From: Macrostomum lignano
Lineage: Eukaryota
DNA length: 64,000 nt
Assembly (NCBI GenBank): GCA_002269645.1
Contig: NIVC01003635.1
Span: forward strand, 22,634-86,633
Direction of reading: 5' to 3'
The stretch's first letter is position 1; each line of letters begins with the position of its first letter. The notes under the pieces are model-generated. The model saw only the letters and a list, made by a program, of their open reading frames with translations, had not been told where the DNA came from and did not search any database. The position numbers and the translations under genes were made by a program. Shown in pieces: positions 47,365 to 59,420 of the stretch.

Positions 47365-49975
47365 TCACTGCTTGTAGCAGACGGGCTGCTTTGCTGTCCT
47401 GGGATGAGGCCTCTGTGCAATCGGACCGTCGTTGGCCGAATTTGCCTCCGTCGCAGGCGCCCCCGGTCGCTGATCGCCGTCCAGCTCGTCAAGGTCCCAG
47501 GGGCACTCACGCAACGGCTTCGTCTCGGTCACATGCCGCCGAACGACTGCCGTGCCGCGTTGCAGAGTCAGGGCGCCGCCGCTGACTGCCTTGACAAGCC
47601 AAGGCCGCGGGTCGAACGGACAGCGCAGCTTGGCCTTGCCGCGGTTTCTGAGCAGCACGCGGGCGCCTGCCAGGATGCCGTGTGGCGCGGCCGATCGCCG
47701 CGTGTCGGCCGCCTTGCGCATCGCCTTCTTGTAGCCGCGGTCGTGGAGCTGCAGCTGCCGTCCGGAGCTGCCGGTTTGCTTTGTCAGGTTGGATGGCAGG
47801 ATGTCGCCGGTCTCTCGGTTGAACATGAGGTCGTTGGGCGTGCGGTCGGTGCCTCGGTGCACAGAATTGCGGTATCCAAGCAGCCAATCGTGGATCGCCC
47901 GCCGCCAGTCCTTGCCTTCGGCCGTGACGGCGTTGATGGCCTTGTTGAGGCTGCGGTTGAAGCGCTCCACCTCGCCGTTCGCCGCCGGGTAGAGCGGGGT
48001 GACCCTGCGCTGTCGAACCCCGAGGCCGTCCAGAAACACGCTGAATTCCTCGCTCGTGAAGTAGGTGGCGTTGTCCGTAGTAATCTGCTGCGGCACCCCG
48101 AAGCGGCTGAATGAGGCCATGACGCAGTTGATGACGCTGGCGCTGGTGAGGCTTCGCACCACGTAGAGGTCCGGGTAGCGGCTGAAGTAGTCCACCAAGA
48201 CCACTACGTTCTAGCCCGTTGGAAATGGTCCGCACACGTCGACGCTGAGCGATTGCCAGGCCCCCGACGGAAGCGGAGTCGGCTGCATCGGCGGGTGTTT
48301 CACGGCGCCGTCGGTCCGGGCCGCTTGGCACGGGAGGCAGTTAGTGACGACCGCCTCGACCTGCTTGGACATGCCGGGCCACCAGACCTTACGCTGCAGT
48401 CGGTCGCACGTCTTCTTCTGTCCGAGGTGGCCCTGGTGCGCTAAACCGATCGCAAGCTGCTGAAGCTCCGCCGGGATCACGATTCTGTTTCCCCGGAGCA
48501 GAAGGCCTGCGTGGACGCTCAGTTCGTCTTTGAGGGACCGAAAACTGTGCGCAGGGCTCGCCGCGCCGCAGCTCCAGTTTCCTGTTTCCAAGGCGCGCAT
48601 GACGACCACCAGAGCTGGGTCTCTCTCGGTCGCAGCCCGGATCCTGTCGACGGTCAGGCCCTTTGGGGTGGCCGCTTGGACAACGGCGTCGCACAGTCTG
48701 GTGTCCTCAGCCTCGTCTTTGTGTGACGATGCGCTTGTCAGCGGATTGCGGCTCAGCGGGTCTGCCGGGTTGTCCTCGCCTTTGCGGTAGTGCAGTGTGA
48801 ACGTGAAGTGCTGGGTCTGCAGCATGATACGCTCGAGCCGGGGCGGCGGCCTTGAGTCTGCTCTGTAGATCCCAAGCAGCGGCTTGTGGTCGGTGTAGAT
48901 ATCGAAGTGCGGGCAGCCCTCCAGGTAAAACGCGAACTTCAAGCAGCCGAACTTGACGCCCAGGGCCTCGCGCTCGATCTGGCTGTAGCGCCGTTCGACG
49001 TCACTGAGCGTGCGGCTCGCGTAGGCCACCGGCCGCGTCTGCCCGCTTGGGTGTCGCTGCTGCAGAATGGCACCGACGCCGACGGGTGACGCATCGACCA
49101 CCAGCTCGGTCGGCAGCCGCTTGTCGAAGAAGGCCAGCGTGCAGCCCTCGGAGATGCAGTCCTTGACGGCCTGAAAGGCCTGCTGCTGCTCGCGGTCCCA
49201 GACGAATTCCTGGCCTTTCCGTGTTAGTCGCCTCAGCGGCTCCGCTTTGTCGGCCAGGTGCGGCATGAACTTCTCGAGGTGATTGGCCAGGCCGAGAAAC
49301 GACCGGAATTCCTTGGCAGACTGTGGATCCTTGAATGCTTATAGCTCTGCGATTTTCTCTTCTGATGGCTGGATGCCGAACTTGGAGAGCGTCATAGCCA
49401 TGAACTTGGCCTTGCCGATGCCCCAGCGGCACTTGCTGGCATTCAGGGTGATGCCATTGTCGCGCAGTCTGCTCAGGCAGGCTGCCACGTGTTCCTGGAG
49501 AACTTCAGGGCCCTGACTGTGGATGATGATGTCGTCGTGGATCCACTTGACACCAGTGAGGCCTTCCAGCACTTGCTGCATGACGCGCTGCAGGATCTCC
49601 GAGGCGGAGGCGAATCCCATGCTCAGGCGTGTCAGCTGACGCATCCCTCGGGGCGTTGAGAAGACGAAGTACTTTCAGCTGTCCTCACTGATCTCGATTT
49701 GGTGAAATGCCTTGAAAATATCGAGCTTGGTGAAGATTGTCGACCCCGTCATGTCGCTGGTAGCTTCTTCAAAAGTCGGGATTTGGTGTCGCTGCCTCAG
49801 GGCCGCCTTGTTAACGTCTCGCAAATCCTGGGTGATCCTCACGGTCTTCCCGTCCTCTTTCGGTACCACGACGATGCGACTGACCCATGGCGTGGGGCCT
49901 TCTACTGGCTGGATGATCTGCAGGCGCTCTTGCTCGTCCAGCTCGCGGTCCAGCGATCGCGGTGTTGATAGGCTG
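47365..49975 (-). mobile_element. Ty3/Gypsy pol (RT-RH-IN) with few stops, 5'-truncated
   Basis: TPWVSRIVVVPK, KLDIFKAFHQ, WIHDDIII, VVDASPVG, YSQIERE, YTDHKPL, GEDNPADPLSR, AHQGHLG, VDYFSRYP, TTDNA, NGEVERFNR; possible short 3' LTR 47139-47339. Confidence 0.92.
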
Positions 49976-52046
49976 TTTGAGAGTCTAGCTGAGAATGACC
50001 AGGAGTTAAAGTTTGCCCATTATTGAAGCTTGATAAGAAAAATCTGACATAGTTGCAACAGGATCTTCATAGTCACCTGGTGCCACCTGTTGAAGGAGCC
50101 GACGGCATCGGGGTGATGACGGAATGCTTGAGATACTAGCTGAGAATATCCAGCAGTTGAGGCTTGCCCACTGTCGAGACTTGATCGGCGAAACTAGAGA
50201 AATTCGCATCAGGGTGTCCATAGTCACCTTGTGCCACCTGTTGAGGGTCCAGAAACTCCGCTTGGGTGAAGGCTAGTGACCAACGAAGTCAGAGCTGATG
50301 CAGACACATGTGATCGACGTGCTGATGAAATTGGAGGCTTGGCAAGGCTGCACTGAGGCGCAGTGCTGATTGGCGCACAGGGGTGTACTGAATACACTGG
50401 CGCTTATGGGAAAAATCCAACCTTCTGGCAGAATCGTCAAATATCTCGACGGTCTGGAGGGCTGGCGACTTGATTCTTGTTTGAGAAGGTGCGCAACAAA
50501 AATTTGGCGCGTGTTCTTGAATTTCGTGTGCCTGCGTTGCTCCAATACGGCGCAGCAAAAAAAATTGTCAGGGGGGATTTTTTCCCCTTCCTCTTGGTAG
50601 TTTGACGGGCGGAAAGATGGCTTGATATTCCTACCTGTTAATCCGTCCAACCCTCGCACCGCTCCCTCCACTTCATTCCTCAACTCAAGTCTGCCGCGGC
50701 GTAGTTGAGTTGCGTCACTCGCAAAGATTGAGAGACTTTACCTGCCCTCTCAAAAGTGGCAATCGCAGACAGAATCACAGCAGGTTGCACACAGCGGCCA
50801 CATTCAAGCATTTCGTCGAGGTCTTTGGACGACCTTCTTCTCTAATTGGTTCGTACGTCGGTCCAATGGAAATGGCTTCATCATGAAGTACATACAGTCT
50901 ATCTCAGCAGTGGCTTTGTTGGCGCTGCATGGAGCCTCAATGGGAATGGGAATCAATTTTGCTGAACACATGCTTTATGAGCTGTATAAATATGTTGTAT
51001 ATTATTTGTGAAAAGAAATTTCAAAGCTGCAATTACATGTAGAAGTGCTTTTCGATGAACTTTGGAAACACAATATAATCTGGAATATTGTACAAATGAA
51101 CAGTAGAGTAAAAGAAGTTTGACAGTTATTAAAGGTAATTAGTCGTTGGATCCTAAGACTGAAAAACAAATATGGCCTGGAATTTCTGATAGCTTGATCT
51201 GTTGATTTCTTTAGAGACACTGGTGCACTACTGTATGTGTTTAACAATAATGTATACTATACGCCTTCACTCTTTTGAATTGGAAAGGTGATGCCTTCCA
51301 TAGTTGAGGCAGCAAAGATCGTCAGTAATTTAATGATGAAGCAGCAGCTGCAACTAAGGAGGATGCACCTACCTTCAACATATTCATCATTGATATATAG
51401 CTTACTATAGTACTATTTGGTGGCATACAACTGACACAGTAGTGATTGCCTATAAAAGAGACTTTGTGTCGAAATCACTATAGCTATTCTGCAGTAGCAG
51501 AGAAATTGGAAAACTGATGCTTCTCTTGGCCCTCGATTTTAGCTTTTGTGTGCCAGCAAGAAGGATTATTCGAATTCAAAGTAGAGCCATGCATTTATAT
51601 AAGCTTAAAACTAGGCAGCATTGTCGACTTTCAGTGTCAATGCACTGCAAGGATTGACATGGTAAGCTTCAAAGCAATTGCCTCGTTTATCTTGATGATT
51701 TTATTGTACAGCAGGGGTTGGCAAACTTTTTTACAAACAAAGCAAGACAAACAATCCAGCTCATTGGCTGCGGATTTGATGAAAGTGGAAACGAGACAGA
51801 ATGGAAGACGAGACATGAGAGAAGAGAAGAGAGGCAAGAGATGGGATGAGAGAAAAGATAGAAAATAAGATGAAGGAAGAGCGGAAAGAGGAGAATGAGG
51901 AGAGAGAGAACAGAGGGGGAGAGGGAGCGCAAGGAGAGAAAAGAGAGGGGAGAGAAGAGGGGAGAGAGGGGTGAGAATTAAAAAGAGGGGAGAGAGGGGG
52001 CAGAGGGGGAGAGAGGAGAGGGGGAAGAGGGGGAAAAGGGAAACGG

Positions 52047-55000
52047 CCCAGTCTCTGATGCAGCGCGTATTACGCGTGTAATTGCTGCGTAAGCGACGCG
52101 CGTAAATTTTACGCTGCGAATACACGCGTATTACGCGTGTAACTGCTGCGTATATCAACGCGCTTAATTTTGACACTAGTTTTACACGCGTAAACATCGC
52201 GTATTCGAACGCAAAATGTTACGCGCGTAAAGACCGTATTTTTACGCGCATTCTACACGCGGTCGCGAACACAAATGACGCACCAATTTAAGTTTTTCGC
52301 TTCGTGACAAAATTAGTCCAAAGCGAAAAATGTCCTGTCAGACCTCAGACGACACTTTGGCAAGCAGCTATTGTCCTTTTTATCCCATATTCGAGAATTC
52401 ATATGACGCTTACATTCTTGATCAATACTTTTAGTGACTAGGTAGCATAGTGTCCTTTTGTGTGTTTATAGTGTATATTGTATATTTAGTATATTGGAAA
52501 AATGTACAACTGTGCTTTCAAAACATTCTTAATAATAATTTAAGTAGATAAAGCATCGCATTATTTTTCTTCAGCTTGATTAAAGTCAATCTATCAATTT
52601 GTTCTCATTCAACATACCTTAGAAGTACTAGAAATGTGCATATTTTAAGCTATTTTTACCTAAAAATGCTCTAGCTATTTATTCCCTTATAGTTAAGCTA
52701 TAATGCATATTTAAAAGTATTTAGAAGTGTATATAAAAGTAAAAATGCTAAATTGCTACATTAGTTTGTCAATTATATATTTTATTGGTTGGAATAGATA
52801 ATAACAAAAAATGTAACAGATGCATATGATATATATTCAGCTAAAACTTCAACATTAATCAATTTTTAAGCTAATAGGGAATATTGATAAGTTGCATGTT
52901 TCAAAAAAAGTATAGTCAAATAAATTTTTTGCTATATATATTGAGACTTCAATAATTTAGATTAGAGTCCTGGGTTACTTATTATTATTATTTTATTTTT
53001 TAATCAACTTTTTAGACCCCCCATGCATTACCATTGCTATATATTAGTATTGTGTGATCACTATTGAGCAAAATGTATCAAAATTCATGCATCAAAAATA
53101 GTGTTGCATACTATCAAAATCAGGTAAACTATAGCCTAATCAAAAATCACTATAGTCTGTCTAGTATACTATACAGTGCAGTCATCATTGACTATAGCAA
53201 ATAAACTGTAAACCATATTTAAATATATTGAGACAAGCAGAATTATGATCCTTACTCAACTACGTAATATCTGAAATATTTTTTCAATAGTCCTATAGAA
53301 TATATGTTATATGAGTGTGTATGCATAATGCAATTTTACTGGTATATATTGTACTTCAATCATAAAATATTCACAAAATCAGACCCTCTGACTGATTATC
53401 ATGGAAGGGCAATGATTGCTATCAAACTGTGACTACAATCTTTAATATTATTATTAATTATTCCAGCAATCATTTGTATCAACTAAATTTCAAAATTAAA
53501 CTAAGTAATTTATATTGAATAGCAATAAGTACATTTTCAAAGTAAAAAATATTTTTTGTAATGATGATTATTTGAATTATGGATGAAACATATAGTTTTT
53601 ACTGTTTTGTGCTATTTGCTGGCTATATTTTGTCACCACCTTATATATTGAAGCATACATTTAATGAATTTGTTATGGTTATTCAATGGTGACTGCATGG
53701 AAAATCAATTGCACAGTTTCATTGGCATAAAAAATATCACGAAAATATGTAAAAATCAAATTTCTGTTTGTTGCATCGACTAACAACAATAAGATCTGAC
53801 AACCTTTGATTGACTGCATTTGGCTGGCAAACTTCGACTTACAACCTTAGCAAGCTTGGCAAACTTAAGGTGGAAACTTAGCTGGCTGTAAACCTTCTAG
53901 CTACAAACCTTTGACTGGAAAACTGATGGCTGGCAAATTTCTAGCTTTTTTTCTCTATCCTCTTCTACACATTTCTGTAGTCATTTTCTACGCCCAAAAC
54001 TCCACGCCTTCCCTTATTTTTAGCATTTGTTTCTATGGAGCGAGTATGGCATGCTGTAGGAAAGAAACCCTAACTGCTACTATTATATGGCCATGCAAAG
54101 GCCCACTGACTGATCAAATCAAAATCAATTTAGATAGGTTGTATTTTGAGTGGCACCTACAGAAATGCATCTCAAATGCATGGAGACAACATGTTTGCTG
54201 ATGTGCAGCCAGTTTGTCGACCAGTGCCGCCTACCAGCCACTTCCCTCCAGGATCGCCGCTCTATTTGCCTTATTGAGGCCTCGGTTGCATTCATTGCTC
54301 TACGATTTCTATGAGCCCGTTGGCTTGGAAATGCAACGGCGTAGTCGGATGGTGGTGGATGCCCTGGCTGCGCCAGAAGGCGTTGAACTCTGCGGATGAG
54401 AATGGCGGGCCGTTGTCGGTGGTGATCTTGACTCGTTGGCCTAAAACGTGCTGAACCACTGGCGGAGGGTTTGGATGACCGGAGCTGCTGCTATCTACCC
54501 GAACTTGTCTGTACCAGTAGGAAACGTGAAAATTAGTCAGTGCACTCCAGCAGTCCAGGCTTAGTTATAGCCAGGGCCCCTGCCGAAGGTCAGTCGGCTG
54601 GATTGGTGCTGCCTTCAGCTCGGCTGTTTTCGTGTAGGCTTTGCAGATGAGGCAGGATTTGAGGAAGTTCTCGACGGAGGCCTACATTGAGGGCCACCAG
54701 ACTTTGTCTGCACGAGTGTCAAAGTTTTATGGACACCCAGATGGCCTTAGTGCGCCAGCTGCAGCGCAGAATGGCGGGAACGACGATTTGGTGCCCTTTC
54801 AGCAGAAGTCTGTCATGCTGTGAGAGCTCGTGCCGCAGGCTGCGTAGACTGCGCGTGTCGATTTGCCACCGATGGGACCCCCTGTCGTATGCGGAGGCCA
54901 CCTTGTGTCGAGGCTGATGCTGTTCGGCGCTGCTGCCTGTGCTGTGGTCATTGCGATGCAGGTTGTCAAAATCCTCGCTCTCATTATTCGACGGTGTTGG

Positions 55001-56396
55001 ACGTAGCTGGCGGCTCAAGACATCTGCCGGGTTGTCTTCCACGGCTGGTAGGTGACTTCGAAGTGAAGATTCTGCAGCCAAGGTGACATGCGCTCGTTCC
55101 GCGGCGGTGGGCCGCGAGCCGGGGATGACCAGGCTAACCAGCGGCTTGTGGTCGGTGATGACCCTGAACTTTGGGCAGCCGCTAAGGTAGTGGTGGAAGA
55201 GGAGGCAGCCGAATTTGACGGCCATCGCCTCCCTGTCTGCGAGTAACGCTGCTTGGTGCCAATGAGACTGCGGCATGCGTAGGCGATTGGTCTAGGCCTG
55301 GTGAAACCGCCTGGTTGCACCTGTGTGAGGATCGCACCGAGGCCGGTTGGGCTGGCGTCGAATATCAGTCTGGTCTAGCAGTTTTTTTTGTTGAAGAAGG
55401 CAAGCGTGAGGCAGTGTGCCATCGACTGCTTGATGGACTGGAAGGCCTGAGGCTTGCTGAGGGCTTCATGACCATTTCACATTCTTCTGCTGCTCTCGAA
55501 GTGACCTCCCTCTGTCGGCGAGGTTTGGGGTGAAGTGGGTTACGAATGTGACGAGTCCGAGGAAGGACCGCATTTCCGTTGCATTTTATGGTCGCTTGAA
55601 ATTGGTCAAAGCCTTCAGCTTTTCCTTGGTCGGTTGGATTCCGTCCATCGAGAGGCGCATGGCCAGTTCGGCCTACTGGTTGCGATGCGGCATTTGCATA
55701 GGTTCAGACTCGTGTTGTGTTGGCGCAGCCTCTCGTTGCGCTCTTTTATGGTGCTGACAAAGATGATGATGTCATCATGGGCCCACTACACGCTTCGCAA
55801 ATTGCTCAGGATGGATATTATGACGCGCTCTAGGAGTTCAAACTGTGTCACTAACTTCCCCTTTCCCTGTGCATGCTACCTAAATCTATCGTATTTTTTT
55901 CTATACCCCTGTTAGTAGACCTCTGAATGTCTATTGTTTTGTTTTCTATCAATTTAAAACAATTTGTTCGCTTCCTGTACATGTACGTCTATTTAAACGC
56001 ATCTACGAGCGTATCATTCGTTTTCATATACCCAATATCAATATCAACTTAAGAAAAAAAAAGTTTTTATGAAAGACATTTTCCTTGCGTTTTGCGAGCC
56101 TCCATCTATTAAAAATATGTCGATATGTGCGACAACCGTGCCTTAATCATTATCTTTCAGCCGCGTATTTAATGGATAAATAATACACACATGCGCGTAT
56201 TATTCGTGTAGAGTGTGTGTAAAGCGCGCGTTTTTGGCGCGTAACTCACACGGGTATTCTGCGCGTATCTTACGCGCGTAGATTCGCGTAAAAAAGTGAC
56301 AAAACGTGTGTTTCCCCGCGCGTCAATTACGTGTGTATTACGCACGTGATTGACACGCGTAATACGCGCGGAATACGCGCATGAGCAGAGACTGGG
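52047..56396. mobile_element. Non-autonomous TIR element (CMC/EnSpm-like), CCCAGTCTCTG termini
   Basis: Facing termini CCCAGTCTCTG / CAGAGACTGGG, ACGCGT-rich subterminal arrays at both ends, GG flanks (possible 2-bp TSD). Confidence 0.6.
54210..55800 (-). mobile_element. Heavily decayed Gypsy pol fragment related to 47365-49975
   Basis: WAHDDIII, VKFGCLLF, ITDHKPL, EDNPADVLSR, ITTDNGPPFSSAEF. Confidence 0.85.
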
Positions 56397-57187
56397 GGGA
56401 GAAAAGAGAGAGAGGAGCGGGGAGAGGGAGAGGGGGAAGGAGAAGGGAGAGGGGAGAGAGGGGGCCGAGAGGGGAGACAAGAGAGAAAGAAAAAGGTGAA
56501 AGTCGAAAGGGGACTGAGATCAAGAGAAGGGGAGAGATAGGGGAGAGAGGAGAGAGGAGTGAGAAGTGAAAAGAGGGGAAATAGGGGAGAGGCCAGAGAG
56601 AGGTGAGAGAGGAGAGAGGAGAGCGAAGAGAGAGAGAGAGAGAGAAGGGAAAAGTGGAAAATAGAGGGTAGAGAGAGGCCGCGTGGTCCGCGGTCCGGAA
56701 TTTTCCGACCCTTGAAAGGCCATACATATAAAAGAGCATATAACGCCCATTTGAAGGAAGTACCTTCGGCGACTTAGGAGTGCAAATCCTAAACTGAATT
56801 CCAGCAGGTGCTTCTCCACTAAGATTTCAGTAGTGTACAGTAGCATGCATTCACCCGGACTTACATGTACAGTGTATATATGCAATTAAGACGTCTTCGT
56901 GGTATCCTTGCTACATTTGCCGTACATTTTAATGTAGGATACATATTTGTCAGCGACATCAATAGACGTCGGGAACGTCAGATTGCTGTAACGGGTATAG
57001 TAATTTGAAATTGCGTGGGCGTGCGTGCCGTACATGGGGCTTGAATGCGTGATTCCACGTGCGGGGATTGCATAAAATACCGATCCAAATACATATGTTG
57101 GAAACAGAGTGAGAAGAAAACAGCCTACGCAAATAAATTACATCAGCAAGGTAAGCATGTGGGTTGCAAGTTACATAAGGTATGTGA

Positions 57188-59396
57188 TGTAACCACGCTC
57201 TGGTCGCGGGATAGGGCATGGGAACTTTTTCGAAAGTGCCTCCTATCCCGTGCACCCTCTGCACAGAGCTGTCGAGACTCGGCCAGGTCTCCGACCGGGC
57301 CTGGAGACTCCCGCTCTGCTGCACCCCTCCTGCTGCCTTGGTCCCGTCTCTCCTGCCGCCACACCTGCCTTTCCGGAGCCCCCTACCCCTTTCTGTACCT
57401 CCCCCTCTACCCTATCTCTTCTGTTCCGCCCTATTCTTCCTGTACTTTCCCTTTCCCCCCTCTTTTTATCTCTCTCTGCACTTTTTTTCCTGCGCTGTCC
57501 CCTCCTTCTCTGTGTCTACTTACAGTATTTTGTGTGCTCACCGTCTCCCCATCCCCTCCCAAACTCCCAAACGGTGACGCAAGTCGTGTGACCCCTTCTT
57601 CCCCCCGATGACTCATCGATGACTCATCCCCCTCTCTTGCGCAACCTTTTCTCATGCTATTGTTCTCCTCCCCAAATTTCTCATGCGACAACCACCCCAC
57701 CTCCGCTTCTATTGTTCTCGTTTTTACTTCTTTTGTTCTCTCGACCCCCACCAATTATCACATTTTCTCCGATTTTCTCTTTCTTTTGTTCTCGTTTTCG
57801 CACCTAATTATCACCTTTTCTCCAATGTTTACTTTTCCATTGTTCTCAGTTTTCCCCAATTATCCCCGATTTCCAATTCCTTTGTTCTCGACCCCAGCCC
57901 TATTGTTCTCAATGTTTGCTTGCGCAACACTTTCGCGACCACCCGCTGCGCCAATTATCCCCCACCCCACCTCCGGATTGCGCAATTTCCCGATTTCTCA
58001 TGTTGCTATGCCGGTCTCATGCTTCTCATCATGACTCATTCTGACGTCATTCTGCCGGCAGCCAATCAGAGAGAGGGAGCCATGGTAACGACCTTGAGGA
58101 GGCGGCTGTGAGGTCTATAAAAGGAAGCGATTTCGGCATGAGAATACTCAACTGAGTTTATCTCTGTTCCTCTCCTCGTCCTTCTTTGGACTTGCTGTCA
58201 GATTGAGTTCTGACCCATTCGTCTATAAGACGAATCCCTGCCGGTCCGCGGTCTGTTACCGCCAAGTTATCCTTAGCTCCCCAAGTGAGCTCGCCTATCG
58301 GCCAGCGGTCTGATACCGCCCAGCATCATCAGCATCGCCTGATCTACATCAGCGCCTCGTCGCTCCAGCGCATCGCCGCTTCACCGTCTGCCTGACTGCA
58401 GCCTACAGCCGCCCTCGGTCACTCCGCCTCTCTCTCTCTCTGTGCAGCTGCCGGTAAGTTCCTACTACTAATTTGTGCTCTAATTGCCTTTGCTTATCCG
58501 GGGTTTGCCTATTTTCCATTGTCTGATTAGAGAGCTGAGCCAATTGTGATACCGTATCTTTTGCTGTATTTTACTCAATAGTGAAGCCGCCTAATTGCCT
58601 GCTTATTTGCCTAAGGGCCTAATTATTAACTATTAACTAACTTCATCATTATTCAATCTTTCACCATCATTTCACTCATGGCTTGCTAAGCCTTTCTCCC
58701 GGGGTGGCAAAGCATAAGGAAGTTTGGGTAAGCTAATGGCCTCTCCCCGTGCAAAGCCCGCCTGTGAGTGCGTGCTGCGGGGCCGCGTGTGCGTGCAGTA
58801 GAGGGATTAGCGAGTCTTGGCACAGAATGGCAGTAGGAAGGTTGCAACCCCATGCTAACGCGTCCCTTCGCCCTGAGCAATCTAAACTGTAGACAGTACA
58901 TGTTCGCCTCATACTACTCTTAGTAATCAAAGTCGCAAGTCAGCCTCGCTCACAGCCACAAAGGATCCCCTGCTGAGAAATCCTCCAGGATTGAGCCCAG
59001 AGTTCCCGATCATGCCCCAAGCAGAGTCCCTGTACTCGGCTGCATGCGTCTCCCCTGTTAGCCTAAATCCCCTGGTAACCAATCCAGGCGGGGCTCTAGC
59101 CTCGAGAGGTCTGGTAGAAAGATCCAGGTGCGCCAGGTCACATAGAGTGGTGGCAGCCACTCGGTCATACCATGACCGAGTGACCAACTATTGCACCTTG
59201 GCTACAGGTGGGGTCCATGTGGGTCCTTGGCCCTCTGGTCACGAAGCGCTACCAAAGCTACTAATCATGTGGGCGGGACAGTCTGGTGCTGGAGGTCCGT
59301 CAGGTCATTGCCCGGTCATAGGCAGCCTACGGTCATTGCCCCCTCTAGCCATGCGTTCGTCTCTCTACGGGCGGACAGGCGACAAGGGCGGTTACA
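57188..59396 (+). mobile_element. Long (about 2.2 kb) 5' LTR of a Gypsy-type element
   Basis: TGTAACC...GGTTACA inverted termini, internal CCAAT/TATA, PBS immediately downstream. Confidence 0.75.
57609..58122 (+). promoter_or_regulatory. LTR promoter: 3 x TGACTCA, TGACGTCA, CCAAT, TATAAAA
   Basis: TGACTCA at 57609, 57620 and 58032; TGACGTCA 58042; CCAAT 58062; TATAAAA 58116. Confidence 0.6.
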
Positions 59397-59402
59397 TCAA
59401 AA

Positions 59403-59420
59403 TGGTGGCAGCGGTGGGAT
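59403..59420 (+). other. Primer binding site complementary to tRNA-Leu 3' end
   Basis: TGGTGGCAGCGGTGGGAT, 6 nt after the LTR end. Confidence 0.85.

Larger units (their letters stand above)
51712..56714. mobile_element. Possible hAT-type non-autonomous element with GA-rich interior, split by later insertions
   Basis: Left CAGGGGTTGGCAAACTTTTT; right GGCCGCGTGGTCCGCGGTCCGGAATTTTCCGACCCTTG; GA tracts 51780-52045 and 56397-56680; no matching TSD. Confidence 0.45.

Noticed and set aside
50640-51700. Coding-like segments next to the inverted arm
   Set aside because: No sustained ORF or recognisable motif; left unannotated.
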